NCBI GenBank assembly: GCA_030754885.1
Contig: JASLZL010000017.1
Coordinates: 12,999-76,998, forward strand
Reading direction: 5' to 3'
Length of the DNA stretch: 64,000 nt
Origin: Rhodospirillales bacterium
Lineage (GTDB): Bacteria; Pseudomonadota; Alphaproteobacteria; Rhodospirillales; JASLLZ01
The notes under the pieces: model-generated
What the model was told of the DNA's origin: nothing
Seen by the model: the letters and a program-made list of their open reading frames with translations, nothing else
Database searches by the model: none
Made by a program: the position numbers and the translations under genes
Shown here: in pieces, positions 1-10,670 of the stretch
How the letters are laid out: each line of letters opens with the position of its first letter
Numbering within the stretch: the stretch's first letter is position 1

Positions 1-2
1 TT

Positions 3-1604
3 CACCGCCGCCGCCTGCCTGCCAACCGCGAAGCCCGGGACCTGTTTGACGCCGTCGAGCAAGTTCGCGTTGAGCACCTGGGGATTCGACGATTGGCGGG
101 GGTCGGCGAAAACCTCAACGCCCATTTGGAACAGCGCTGCCGCCAGCGTGGCTACGGCGAAGCCACCGAGCGCCAGGACAGCCACCTGCCCGAAGTCATC
201 GGCCTCATGCTGCGCGAAAAACTGGATAACACGCCGGTCCCTCCTTCGGCAGCGACCATGATGGAATTGTGGCGCCCATGGATTAACGAAGTGGTGGACA
301 CTCAGCTCAATGAACTTGGCCGGCGGGTCGATAACCAAGAGGCCTTCGCCGATGCCATGGCCGAGATGATCCGTGTCCTTGATCTGGACGACGACCCCGA
401 GTCCCCGGGTGACGAGGCGCAGAACGAGGACGACAGCGATGACGACGACGAGAACGATTCCGACGATGCACAAGACGACACCGAGGGAACGCTGTCGAGC
501 GACAGCAGCGAAGGCGAGTTGGACCAGGATACGGATAGTGCCGCCCTCACCGAAGAGCAGCTCATGGCAGGCGAGGGTGAGGACGAACCGGCGGGTCCTT
601 CGGACTGGCGGCGCAATTGGCCGCATGACGGAGCACCCGGCAAGCCATCCTATCGCGCCTACACCCTTGCCTTCGATGAGGTGGTAGACGCCGATGCGCT
701 GTGTGAAGCCGACGAACTGACCCGGCTCAGGATCCAGTTGGACCAGCAGTTGACCAACCTGCAAGGCGTCGTCGCCCGCCTCGCCAACCGCTTGCAACGC
801 AAGTTGCTGGCCAAGCAGACCCGGTCATGGGAATTCGACTTGGAAGAAGGTATCCTCGACGCCGGTCGGCTGTCGCGCGTCGTCGTCGATCCGCGCCATC
901 CGCTGTCGTTCAAGCGCGAGACCGAGACATCGTTCCGCGACACCGTGGTTAGTCTGCTCATCGATAATTCCGGATCCATGCGCGGCCGCCCCATTACGGT
1001 TGCCGCCATCAGTGCCGATATCCTGGCCCGCACCCTGGAGCGCTGCGGCGTCAAGGTCGAAATCCTGGGTTTCACCACCCGCGCCTGGAAGGGCGGCAAT
1101 GCACGCGAGAAGTGGGTTGCCGAGGGCAAGCCAGCCACACCGGGCCGTTTGAACGACCTGCGCCACATTGTCTATAAAAGCGCCGAGATGCCGTGGCGGC
1201 GATCACGCCGAAATCTGGGCCTGATGCTGCGCGAGGGTCTGTTAAAGGAGAACATCGACGGCGAAGCGCTTATGTGGGCCCACAACCGCCTCTTGGGGCG
1301 GCCCGAACAGCGGCGCATCCTAATGGTCATCTCGGACGGGGCGCCGGTCGACGACGCCACCCTGTCGGCCAATCCGGGCAACTATCTGGAACGCCACCTG
1401 CGCGACGTCATCAATTGGATCGAAGCCCGCTCGCCCGTCGAACTGACCGCCATCGGCATCGGCCACGACGTGACACGATACTACCGCCGAGCCGTGACCA
1501 TCGTCGATGCCGAGGAACTGGGCGGCACCATGATGCAACACCTGATCGATCTGTTCGAAAACGAACCGGACCGCTTCACGCCACCCCGACGACGGCGGGC
1601 GTGA
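3..1604 (+). CDS. cobT: Cobaltochelatase subunit CobT (5'-truncated by window edge)
   Basis: Frame is open from position 3 ([24 protein letters not shown]); acidic linker; WEFDLEEG; v[15 protein letters not shown]; [11 protein letters not shown]; ISDGAPVDD. Confidence 0.95.
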   Translation, partial: HRRRLPANREARDLFDAVEQVRVEHLGIRRLAGVGENLNAHLEQRCRQRGYGEATERQDSHLPEVIGLMLREKLDNTPVPPSAATMMELWRPWINEVVDTQLNELGRRVDNQEAFADAMAEMIRVLDLDDDPESPGDEAQNEDDSDDDDENDSDDAQDDTEGTLSSDSSEGELDQDTDSAALTEEQLMAGEGEDEPAGPSDWRRNWPHDGAPGKPSYRAYTLAFDEVVDADALCEADELTRLRIQLDQQLTNLQGVVARLANRLQRKLLAKQTRSWEFDLEEGILDAGRLSRVVVDPRHPLSFKRETETSFRDTVVSLLIDNSGSMRGRPITVAAISADILARTLERCGVKVEILGFTTRAWKGGNAREKWVAEGKPATPGRLNDLRHIVYKSAEMPWRRSRRNLGLMLREGLLKENIDGEALMWAHNRLLGRPEQRRILMVISDGAPVDDATLSANPGNYLERHLRDVINWIEARSPVELTAIGIGHDVTRYYRRAVTIVDAEELGGTMMQHLIDLFENEPDRFTPPRRRRA

Positions 1605-1646
1605 AGCGTCGCCTCGTGGTCCGCCGCGGAGGCGGGCGACGCTTTT
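1604..1646 (+). terminator. Probable intrinsic terminator after cobT
   Basis: AAGCGTCGCC (1604-1613) pairs with GGCGACGCTT (1635-1644), ending in a short T run. Confidence 0.5.
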
Positions 1647-1661
1647 AGATGGAGGACATTA

Positions 1662-1931
1662 ATGAAACTGAACGTCAAGGCGTTTGCGCTGACGGCCGGC
1701 CTGTTTTGGGGCATCGGTCTCTTCCTCCTTACCTGGTGGGCCATCGCGATCGGCGGACCGACCGACGACACCACATTTCTCGGACGGATATACATTGGCT
1801 ACGCCATCAGTCCGCTCGGCAGCATCCTCGGCCTCGTCTGGGGTTTCGTCGACGGTCTGATCGGCGGCGCCATCTTCGCCTGGCTTTATAACCTGTTGAC
1901 ATCACGGATTTTTTCGTCCGCCGCCGCGTGA
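1662..1931 (+). CDS. Small two-TM membrane protein (resembles the family often labelled 'bacteriophage holin')
   Basis: GGAGG RBS; 89 aa with two hydrophobic segments; GY.ISPLGS..G...GFVDG..GG..FAWLYN pattern. Confidence 0.7.
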   Translation: MKLNVKAFALTAGLFWGIGLFLLTWWAIAIGGPTDDTTFLGRIYIGYAISPLGSILGLVWGFVDGLIGGAIFAWLYNLLTSRIFSSAAA

Positions 1932-2062
1932 GACGGAAAACGGTCGAGGGGCACTGCGAGACGGTGATGGTGGCCTTTTGATCCCAACCTGTGCTAAGAT
2001 AGGTTTGAAATCGTGCCCGGAAACTGGGACCGCGCCGCACCATCGATAGGGAGTGTGGGAGG

Positions 2063-2815
2063 ATGAAGACTTTCAAACCAGCCGCGCTTGTTCTCGCTCT
2101 GGCCGTGACCGCCCTGACCGTAGGCGGTTGTGCCGACACCTTGGATAAACTCGCCGCCTTCTTCGATCCGGCCCGGGACGGCCCCGCCGTGAACGAGGAC
2201 GAGATCGCGGCACTGGCTGAATTTCCGACCGCCGCGGGAAAGACCGAGGACAGCGCCGTCGCGGCCCTGACCCCGGCCAAGAAAGAGCCCGCATCCACCC
2301 ACCCAGCCGCCCGCCACATAGAAAAGCTGGGCGACGAGGTGATCGCGATTCTCAAAGACACCTCGATGTCGAAGGATCAGCGCATCGCTTATTTCCGCGA
2401 CCTTTTGGCGCGTGATCTCGATATTCCCCTGATCGCCCGTTTTGTCACCGGCAAGCATTGGAGATCGGCTTCTCCGGATCAGCGCCGATCCTATCTTGAG
2501 GTCTTCTCCGCCTTCGTCGTGCAGACCTATTCGGCGCGCCTTGGCGGCGCCGACGTCGGGCAGATCCAAGTTCTGGAGACCCAGCCCGTCGGCAAAAGCG
2601 ACATCTTGGTGCGCTCACGCGTTATCCAGTCCCACGGCGCTCCGCTCAGGGCCGACTGGCGCCTGACCAACACGAACGGCACCTTCCGTATCCTCGACCT
2701 ATCGGTGGAGGGCATCAGCATGGCGCTGACCCTGCGCCAGGAATTTTCGTCGGTGCTGCGCCGCAAGGGCGGCGTCGACGGCCTGATCGCCATCCTCAGG
2801 GAAAAGGCGGTCTAA
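2063..2815 (+). CDS. mlaC: MlaC/Ttg2D-family phospholipid-binding protein with N-terminal lipoprotein-like extension
   Basis: DIPLIARFVTGKHWR and ILDLSVEGISMALTLRQEF motifs; signal peptide ending VGGC. Confidence 0.8.
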   Translation: MKTFKPAALVLALAVTALTVGGCADTLDKLAAFFDPARDGPAVNEDEIAALAEFPTAAGKTEDSAVAALTPAKKEPASTHPAARHIEKLGDEVIAILKDTSMSKDQRIAYFRDLLARDLDIPLIARFVTGKHWRSASPDQRRSYLEVFSAFVVQTYSARLGGADVGQIQVLETQPVGKSDILVRSRVIQSHGAPLRADWRLTNTNGTFRILDLSVEGISMALTLRQEFSSVLRRKGGVDGLIAILREKAV

Positions 2816-2819
2816 GGCG

Positions 2820-3383
2820 CTAGTCATCCTCTGGCGGCGGGCGGCGTTCGCAGGGGACGGAGTCGTCGCCGAACGACAGCAAACAATTGTCCTCCATGAT
2901 CCGGCGCAGGGCAGTCCGACCCCGGTGTAAGAGAACCCGCGTGTTGGCTGTCGTGAGGTCAAGCAGCGCCGCCACCTTGCGGTGCTTGAGGCCGGCCATG
3001 TCGTGTAGCGCGACCACCTCGTACTGAGACCGCGGCAGACGGGCCAGGAACTCGCCGATACAGGCCGACATCTCGGCCTGAAGCAATGCCTGCTCGGCGT
3101 CATTGCCGTCGAACGGCACCTCATCGATGGCTTGGTCATCGGCCACGGCATCGGGTATGCGTGTCTGGGCGCGATAATGGTCGCGCACCAGGTTGAGGGC
3201 GATGGCCGAGAGCCAACTGGCCACGACCGCCTCGCCCCTGTACGTGCCCACCCGGCGCTGGGCACGCAGGAACGTCTCCTGGGTCAGGTCCTCGGCCAGG
3301 GCCTCGTCGCCAACCAGACGCAGCACGAAACCCCGCACTCGGGGCCGCTGTTCGGTGATTTCGTCCAACGAGACTTCGTTCAT
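2820..3383 (-). CDS. ECF RNA polymerase sigma factor with short Cys-containing C-terminal tail
   Basis: Region 2 AEDLTQETFLRA/WLSAIALNLVRDHYR; region 4 VAALLDLTTANTRVLLHRGR; own RBS GGAAGGG before ATG at 3383; forms the C-terminal part of the 612-aa ORF. Confidence 0.9.
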   Translation of the reverse strand: MNEVSLDEITEQRPRVRGFVLRLVGDEALAEDLTQETFLRAQRRVGTYRGEAVVASWLSAIALNLVRDHYRAQTRIPDAVADDQAIDEVPFDGNDAEQALLQAEMSACIGEFLARLPRSQYEVVALHDMAGLKHRKVAALLDLTTANTRVLLHRGRTALRRIMEDNCLLSFGDDSVPCERRPPPEDD

Positions 3384-3397
3384 GGGACGTCCCTTCC
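3380..3397. repeat. 18-bp direct repeat copy 1 (TCATGGGACGTCCCTTCC)
   Basis: Identical to 4655-4672; contains palindrome GGGACGTCCC plus RBS and ATG of the sigma gene. Confidence 0.9.
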
Positions 3398-4658
3398 CTC
3401 TTGATGCGTGGGATCTCCCGCCACCTCTTCCGCGCCGTCGGACAGGGTGAAGACCTCCTGCGGGGCGCGGACGCCGCGCAGGGCGTGGCAGCCGAGTGAC
3501 TTCATCTGGCCGGGAAAGCAGCGCGGGAACGCCGACGAGATGAGGATCGATTGGTCCAGAGTTTTGCACAGGCCCTCCAGGCGTGCCGCCTCGTTGACGG
3601 CGGCCCCGATGACCGTGAATTCCAGGCGCTCGGGCACCCCGATGTTGCCGTACATGACGTCGCCCACATGCAGCGCCAGCCCGTAATGGATGATCGGCTC
3701 GCCCCGATCCCGGCGCCGCCCGTTGACAGCCTCGACGCGGGCCCGGGCGTCGCGCGCAGGCGCCTTCCTCGGGCGTGCAGGACTCCTCCAGGATCCGCGA
3801 CGCGGTGCCGATGGGAAAGATGGCCAGCGCCGCGTCGCCGATGAAACGCAGCACTTCGCCACCGTGGTCCAAGACGGCACCGGCCATGCCGTCGAAAAAA
3901 TCATTGAGCATGGCGAGGAATGCCTCGGGCACCATGGACTCGGCCAGGGTCGTCGAATGGCGCAGATCGCAGAACCAGATCACGGCGTAGATACGCTCGC
4001 CGTCACCCCGTTTGACAAGCCCGTCGAGGACACGCCCGCCGGTGTGTCGGCCGAGATAGGTTTCGATGAGGGTCCTGGAAGTGCGGCGCAGGGTATGGAC
4101 TTCGAGCAAGCGCGCCAGCACCGGCAGCATGCCGGAGACAGTCTCCAGTTCGACCTCGCCGAAACCGCCGGGGCGATCGGCGGCCAGGGTCAAGGCATTG
4201 ATCCTGCCGTCCTGGAAAAGAAGTGGCAGGGCCACGTAATCGGTGCCGCCCTCCGCCACCAGGTCCTCGAGGTAGGGGAAATCGAGCTTCGGGTTCCGAC
4301 CGTCCAAGCGGCGGCGGATGGGAGCGGCGCCGTCGAGGATGGCGGCAATCGGGCTCTTCAGGTAAATCGCCGTGCGCAAGGCGTCGTGCGAAGGCGAAGA
4401 GACCTCGGTTTGACCCGTATCGCGGCGCCATGTGTAGCGGATCCCGAAGACCGGGGGATGGGGAACGCGGATGACCACCCGCATCCTGAGAAGCGGCATT
4501 CCCGCTTCCACCATTCGCTCAGCCAATCGTCCGACAAGGTCCGTCGGCTGGTCCACGTTCCAGCCTTCGGCCAGCAGCCAACCGACCAAGGGATTGGCGA
4601 GCGCCGGGGCGCCGGCGTCGGCCGACGAGGGCTCGCTTGTCTGGGTCAGCGCGGTCAT
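3380..4658 (-). pseudogene. Class III adenylate/guanylate cyclase, frameshifted near 3750-3765
   Basis: N-terminal half (IWFCDLRHST, VLRFIGDAALAIF) in ORF 2820..4658; C-terminal half (LHVGDVMYGNIG, FTVIGAAVNEAARLE) in a different frame, ORF 3380..3904. Confidence 0.85.
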
Positions 4659-4672
4659 GGGACGTCCCTTCC
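4655..4672. repeat. 18-bp direct repeat copy 2 (TCATGGGACGTCCCTTCC)
   Basis: Identical to 3380-3397; contains RBS and ATG of the cyclase gene. Confidence 0.9.
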
Positions 4673-4756
4673 GCTGTCATCCATTCTAGAACACCTCCCC
4701 CGGCCCGTGGAAGGAATTTCGAATTCCGACCGGCACGGAATCGGGCCTTCCCCTAA

Positions 4757-4788
4757 TAGACGCCGGTGCATGGAGAAACGTTACAAGG
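4757..4788 (-). promoter_or_regulatory. ECF-type promoter for the cyclase-sigma transcript
   Basis: Minus strand reads CCTTGTAAC-gtttctccatgcaccgg(17)-CGTCTA. Confidence 0.75.
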
Positions 4789-4812
4789 ACGTTCGAAAAC
4801 ACGATAAGCGGG

Positions 4813-4844
4813 CCTTGTAACGTTTTACGGCCGCGCAACGTCTT
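4813..4844 (+). promoter_or_regulatory. ECF-type promoter for the CMD gene
   Basis: CCTTGTAAC-gttttacggccgcgcaa(17)-CGTCTT; mirror image of the minus-strand promoter. Confidence 0.75.
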
Positions 4845-4899
4845 AGGGGTAGGAGCAAAAATCCTATTCGAACCATGAGTAACAAAAAAGGAGGTCACG

Positions 4900-5418
4900 A
4901 TGACCCTGAGGTTGAAGGAAAAGGAACTGGTGGCGGTGGGAGTCTCCGTCGCCGCCGGTTGCAAGCCGTGCACCGACTATCACGTCAAGGCGGCGCGCAA
5001 GGCCAAGGCGACCGATGACGATATCCGCCAAGCCATCGCTGACGCCACGGAGGTCTGCGGCTACGCCCAGGCGATCATGACGGCCCATGGCCTGGCGCAC
5101 CTGGGTATCGCCGGCGAGCCGGTCGAAACCGGAACCTCGCCCGAAACAACGCGGACCACGGAATTGGTCGCCATCGGGGCGGCCTTCGCCGTCAACTGCA
5201 CGGCCAGCCTGGAACGGCATCTGACCGGCGCCGGCCGCTTCGCCATCACCGCCGAGGACGTGGACTCGATCGTCAAGCTCGCCCGCTTCATCAAGGGCAA
5301 AGCAGCATCCCATGTCGACAAGCTGGTCGGCCTCGACGAGACGGATGAAGAGGCGACGCCGGAGAAGACCCAAGGGGGGTTCTTGAAACGCGCCATGAGC
5401 GGCGTCTGCGGCTGCTGA
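4900..5418 (+). CDS. Carboxymuconolactone decarboxylase/AhpD-family protein with two CMD repeats
   Basis: KEKELVAVGVSVAAGCKPCTDYH and ELVAIGAAFAVNCTASLERH; GGAGG RBS; C-terminal CGC. Confidence 0.85.
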   Translation: MTLRLKEKELVAVGVSVAAGCKPCTDYHVKAARKAKATDDDIRQAIADATEVCGYAQAIMTAHGLAHLGIAGEPVETGTSPETTRTTELVAIGAAFAVNCTASLERHLTGAGRFAITAEDVDSIVKLARFIKGKAASHVDKLVGLDETDEEATPEKTQGGFLKRAMSGVCGC

Positions 5419-5439
5419 TAAGAGCGGCGAACAAACGAC

Positions 5440-5463
5440 AAGGCCCGCGATATCGCGGGCCTT
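5440..5463. terminator. Perfect palindrome, likely terminator between convergent CMD gene and rpmB
   Basis: AAGGCCCGCGAT|ATCGCGGGCCTT. Confidence 0.7.
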
Positions 5464-5490
5464 TCATGGCGGGTTGCCGGGCTCCGACCC

Positions 5491-5784
5491 TCAAGCCGCC
5501 TTGGTTGCCAGGGCCTTCTTGATGCGCTTTTTGATGCGCCGCACCTCGGGCGCCAGATCGGTGTCACGGGCGCCGACCAAGAACGTATCCAACCCACCCT
5601 TATACTCGATGGTGCGCAGAGCGTGGACGCTGAGCCGCAGGCGGACCTTGGTGCCCAGGGCGTCGCTATAAATCGACGAGACCTGAAGATTGGGCAGGAA
5701 GCGCCGTCGCGTCTTGTTGTGGGCGTGGCTGACGTTATTGCCGGTCTGCACGCCTTTGCCCAGGATGGGGCACCGTCTGGCCAT
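5491..5784 (-). CDS. rpmB: 50S ribosomal protein L28
   Basis: MARRC...[20 protein letters not shown]. Confidence 0.97.
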   Translation of the reverse strand: MARRCPILGKGVQTGNNVSHAHNKTRRRFLPNLQVSSIYSDALGTKVRLRLSVHALRTIEYKGGLDTFLVGARDTDLAPEVRRIKKRIKKALATKAA

Positions 5785-5911
5785 GGTCTTGGTTTCCTTC
5801 GTCAAACCAACCGGGCGCCTGTGGTTTGGCACCCGGGAGCGGGATTTCTACTGAGCATAGCGTTAAACGTCAAGGGGCACGGGCCGTCTAACCGAGTTTC
5901 TTTGAGATGCC

Positions 5912-8164
<2,253 letters not shown>

Positions 8165-8351
8165 CTAAATAATCCAAGATTTCCCGGCTCGGCGGCCCAT
8201 CCGCCCAAATGCCGTGGCATGGCAACCCAAATGACAATCTCACTTGATATCTGAACGCGCCCGAACGGGCCTCAATCGGTTCCGATACACGAAAAATAAA
8301 GGGGGTTGCGCGCTAATACAAGAGCCGACGTGCCGCCATTCACCACGTACT

Positions 8352-8936
8352 TCAAAGATGGCTGGTGAGGACCTCGGGATTGGTTTCGGGCGCCGCCTCC
8401 AGGGCCGGCAATGCTTGGTCGACATGATCGACCACAGTGAACAGGCCACGCACGGCCGGGTGGGCAAAACCGCCGCCGACCACCGCTTCCACCAAGGCCA
8501 GAAAGGGCTCCCAAAATCCATCGATATTAACCAGCACCATCGGCTTGTCGTGAAGGCGGAGCTGTTTCCAAGTGATGACCTCAATGGCCTCGTCCAGGGT
8601 CCCCAGGCCGCCAGGCAGAACGATACAGCCGTCGGCGAGTTCGAACATGCGCGTCTTGCGGGCGTGCATGCTGTCAACGACGATCAGGTCGGTAACGTCA
8701 CGTTTCTCAACCTCGTGTTTGACCAGGAACTCCGGAATGACCCCGGTGACCCGCCCGCCGCCGTCCAACACGGCGTCGGCGAGCGCGCCCATCAGCCCGA
8801 TACTGCCGCCGCCATAGACCAGACGAATCCCCCTCGCCGCCAACAGCGCGCCCAATTCCTCGGCTGCACGGCGATAAGCCGGAGGATCGCCAAAGCGCGA
8901 GCCGCAGAAAACAGAAATCGCCGATATCGTGGTCAT
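8352..8936 (-). CDS. LOG-family nucleotide 5'-monophosphate phosphoribohydrolase (TIGR00730-like)
   Basis: VFCGS, LVYGGGSIGLMG, MHARK, PGGLGTLDE motifs. Confidence 0.93.
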   Translation of the reverse strand: MTTISAISVFCGSRFGDPPAYRRAAEELGALLAARGIRLVYGGGSIGLMGALADAVLDGGGRVTGVIPEFLVKHEVEKRDVTDLIVVDSMHARKTRMFELADGCIVLPGGLGTLDEAIEVITWKQLRLHDKPMVLVNIDGFWEPFLALVEAVVGGGFAHPAVRGLFTVVDHVDQALPALEAAPETNPEVLTSHL

Positions 8937-9144
8937 GGGACCATCTCCGCCTGTTACTCGACCGAATTACAGTTTCGCCGGGAAAACAGCCTCTATACCA
9001 CACCTCCGCGCGACGAGGGTTCCACGCCGCATGGCCTCCATCGATCACGAGAAATTCATTTGTCCATTAACAACCGGCGAAGGAATAATCTCGGCCACGA
9101 ACTGTTTAACGAATACAAAGCATCACATCCATCGGGAGACGAAC

Positions 9145-9612
9145 ATGACAGGACCCTTGCGTAATCTGACCATCGCCGGCCTGCTGGCCGCCATTCTCAG
9201 TCTTAGCTTCGCCGGAATAGCCGGGGCGGATCCGGCGGCCGAAATCAAGTTCCGACAGAGTAACATGAAGGCGATCGGCGGCCATATGGGCGCCCTGGCC
9301 GCCATGGTAAAGGGTGCGCGCACCGGTTCGCCCCTGGAAGTACGCACCCATGCCTATGCCATCGGCTGGATGTCGCGCGTTGCCGGTGAATTGTTTCCCG
9401 ACGGCTCCGGCGCCGGCGAGACCGCCGCCAAGCCAGAAATCTGATCCAAGCCCGACGACTTCAAGAAAGTGATGCGTAATTTCAAGGTCGCGGCATGGAA
9501 ACTGGAACTGGCGGCTAAGGACGGCGACGCCGCTGCCATCGGAGCCGCCTTCGGGAACCTTGGCAAGTCCTGCGGTGGTTGCCACAAGGCGTTTCGTGCC
9601 AAGAAAAAATAG
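9145..9612 (+). pseudogene. Cytochrome c'/c556 (class II) with in-frame TGA at 9442-9444
   Basis: Signal peptide, RQSNMK, LFPDGS, AKPEI*SKPDDF, then the same frame continues to CGGCHKAFR and TAG at 9612. Confidence 0.85.
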
Positions 9613-9628
9613 TGGCCGAACAAATTTC

Positions 9629-10546
9629 GTGAGCCCCGGCGGCCGGCCATCCTGGTGCTGGTTACCGGGGCGAATCGTTCTTGCGATGGGGCTCCTGTGG
9701 ACGGGGGCCATCGCTCCGGCCACCGCCGGGCCAGAATCCGCGAAGCACGGCAAATATCTCTTCGATGCCGCCGGATGTCTTGGTTGCCATACCAAGAAGG
9801 ACGGCAAGCCGTTGGCCGGTGGGCGGCGCCTGCGCACCCCCTTTGGCCATTACTACAGTCCCAATATCACGCCCCATCCCGAACATGGCATCGGCAAGTG
9901 GACGTCAACGGATCTTAAGCGTTCCCTTCGCGAGGGTGTCGCCCCGGACGGCAGCCACTATTTCCCGGTTTTTCCATATCCGTCTTATACCGGCATCACC
10001 GATTCCGACATTGCCGACCTCTGGGCCTATCTCAAAACCGTGCCATCGATTGCCCAGGCCAACCGCCCCCACGACACCAAACCGCCCTTCGGCGCCCGTA
10101 TTTTCATGGTCGCCTGGAAAACACTTAACTTCGAGCCCGGCCCCTTCAAGCCTGATCCGTACCTCAGCGATCAGGTAAACAGGGGCGCCTATCTGGTCGA
10201 TGTCATCGGTCATTGCGGTGAATGCCACACACCGCGCAATGCGGTCGGTGGCCTGCAACGGGATCGCTGGCTGTCCGGCAATCCGGGTGGGCCAGAGGGC
10301 GAACAAGTCCCCAACATCACACCCGATCGGGAGACCGGCGTCGGCCGCTGGTCAGACGGTGATCTGGACTCGCTGTTTCGCATGGGCATGACCCCGGAGG
10401 GCGACTTTGTCGGCGGCAGCATGACCGAGGTTATAGAGAACTCCTCGGGCCACCTCAGCGAATCGGACCTTCGGGCGGTGATTGCCTACCTGCGCACCTT
10501 GCCCCCCATACGCCACAAGGTCGAGAGCAAGAAGAAGGGGTCCTGA
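9629..10546 (+). CDS. Diheme cytochrome c (gluconate-dehydrogenase cytochrome-like)
   Basis: CLGCH and CGECH heme motifs; duplicated PNITP..GIG.W; YFPVFPYPSY; start uncertain (9629 GTG or 9686 ATG). Confidence 0.9.
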   Translation: MSPGGRPSWCWLPGRIVLAMGLLWTGAIAPATAGPESAKHGKYLFDAAGCLGCHTKKDGKPLAGGRRLRTPFGHYYSPNITPHPEHGIGKWTSTDLKRSLREGVAPDGSHYFPVFPYPSYTGITDSDIADLWAYLKTVPSIAQANRPHDTKPPFGARIFMVAWKTLNFEPGPFKPDPYLSDQVNRGAYLVDVIGHCGECHTPRNAVGGLQRDRWLSGNPGGPEGEQVPNITPDRETGVGRWSDGDLDSLFRMGMTPEGDFVGGSMTEVIENSSGHLSESDLRAVIAYLRTLPPIRHKVESKKKGS

Positions 10547-10670
10547 GGCCCGGAATTCTGCGATTCCTGACAAGACCCCGGTCGAATTGCCGGGAATTGC
10601 GCTGCACCGTCGGAACCTTTCGTGATATGCTTTGTCGGCCCGGGCAGGGTTTGGTCAAGCGGGGGTACAG

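Noticed and set aside
385-600. GAC/GAG-rich low-complexity stretch
   Set aside because: Normal acidic linker of CobT, not a repeat array.
1662-1931. Prophage remnant
   Set aside because: No integrase, structural or lysin genes nearby.
2820-4658. 612-aa ORF as an evolved cyclase-sigma fusion
   Set aside because: The middle section is out-of-frame, Arg/Gly/Pro-rich sequence and the true cyclase C-terminus lies in another frame; treated as a frameshifted cyclase plus a separate sigma gene.
9442-9444. Genome-wide UGA=Trp recoding or selenocysteine in cytochrome c'
   Set aside because: TGA terminates many intact genes here, Trp is encoded by TGG elsewhere, and the position is a Trp site rather than a Cys site.
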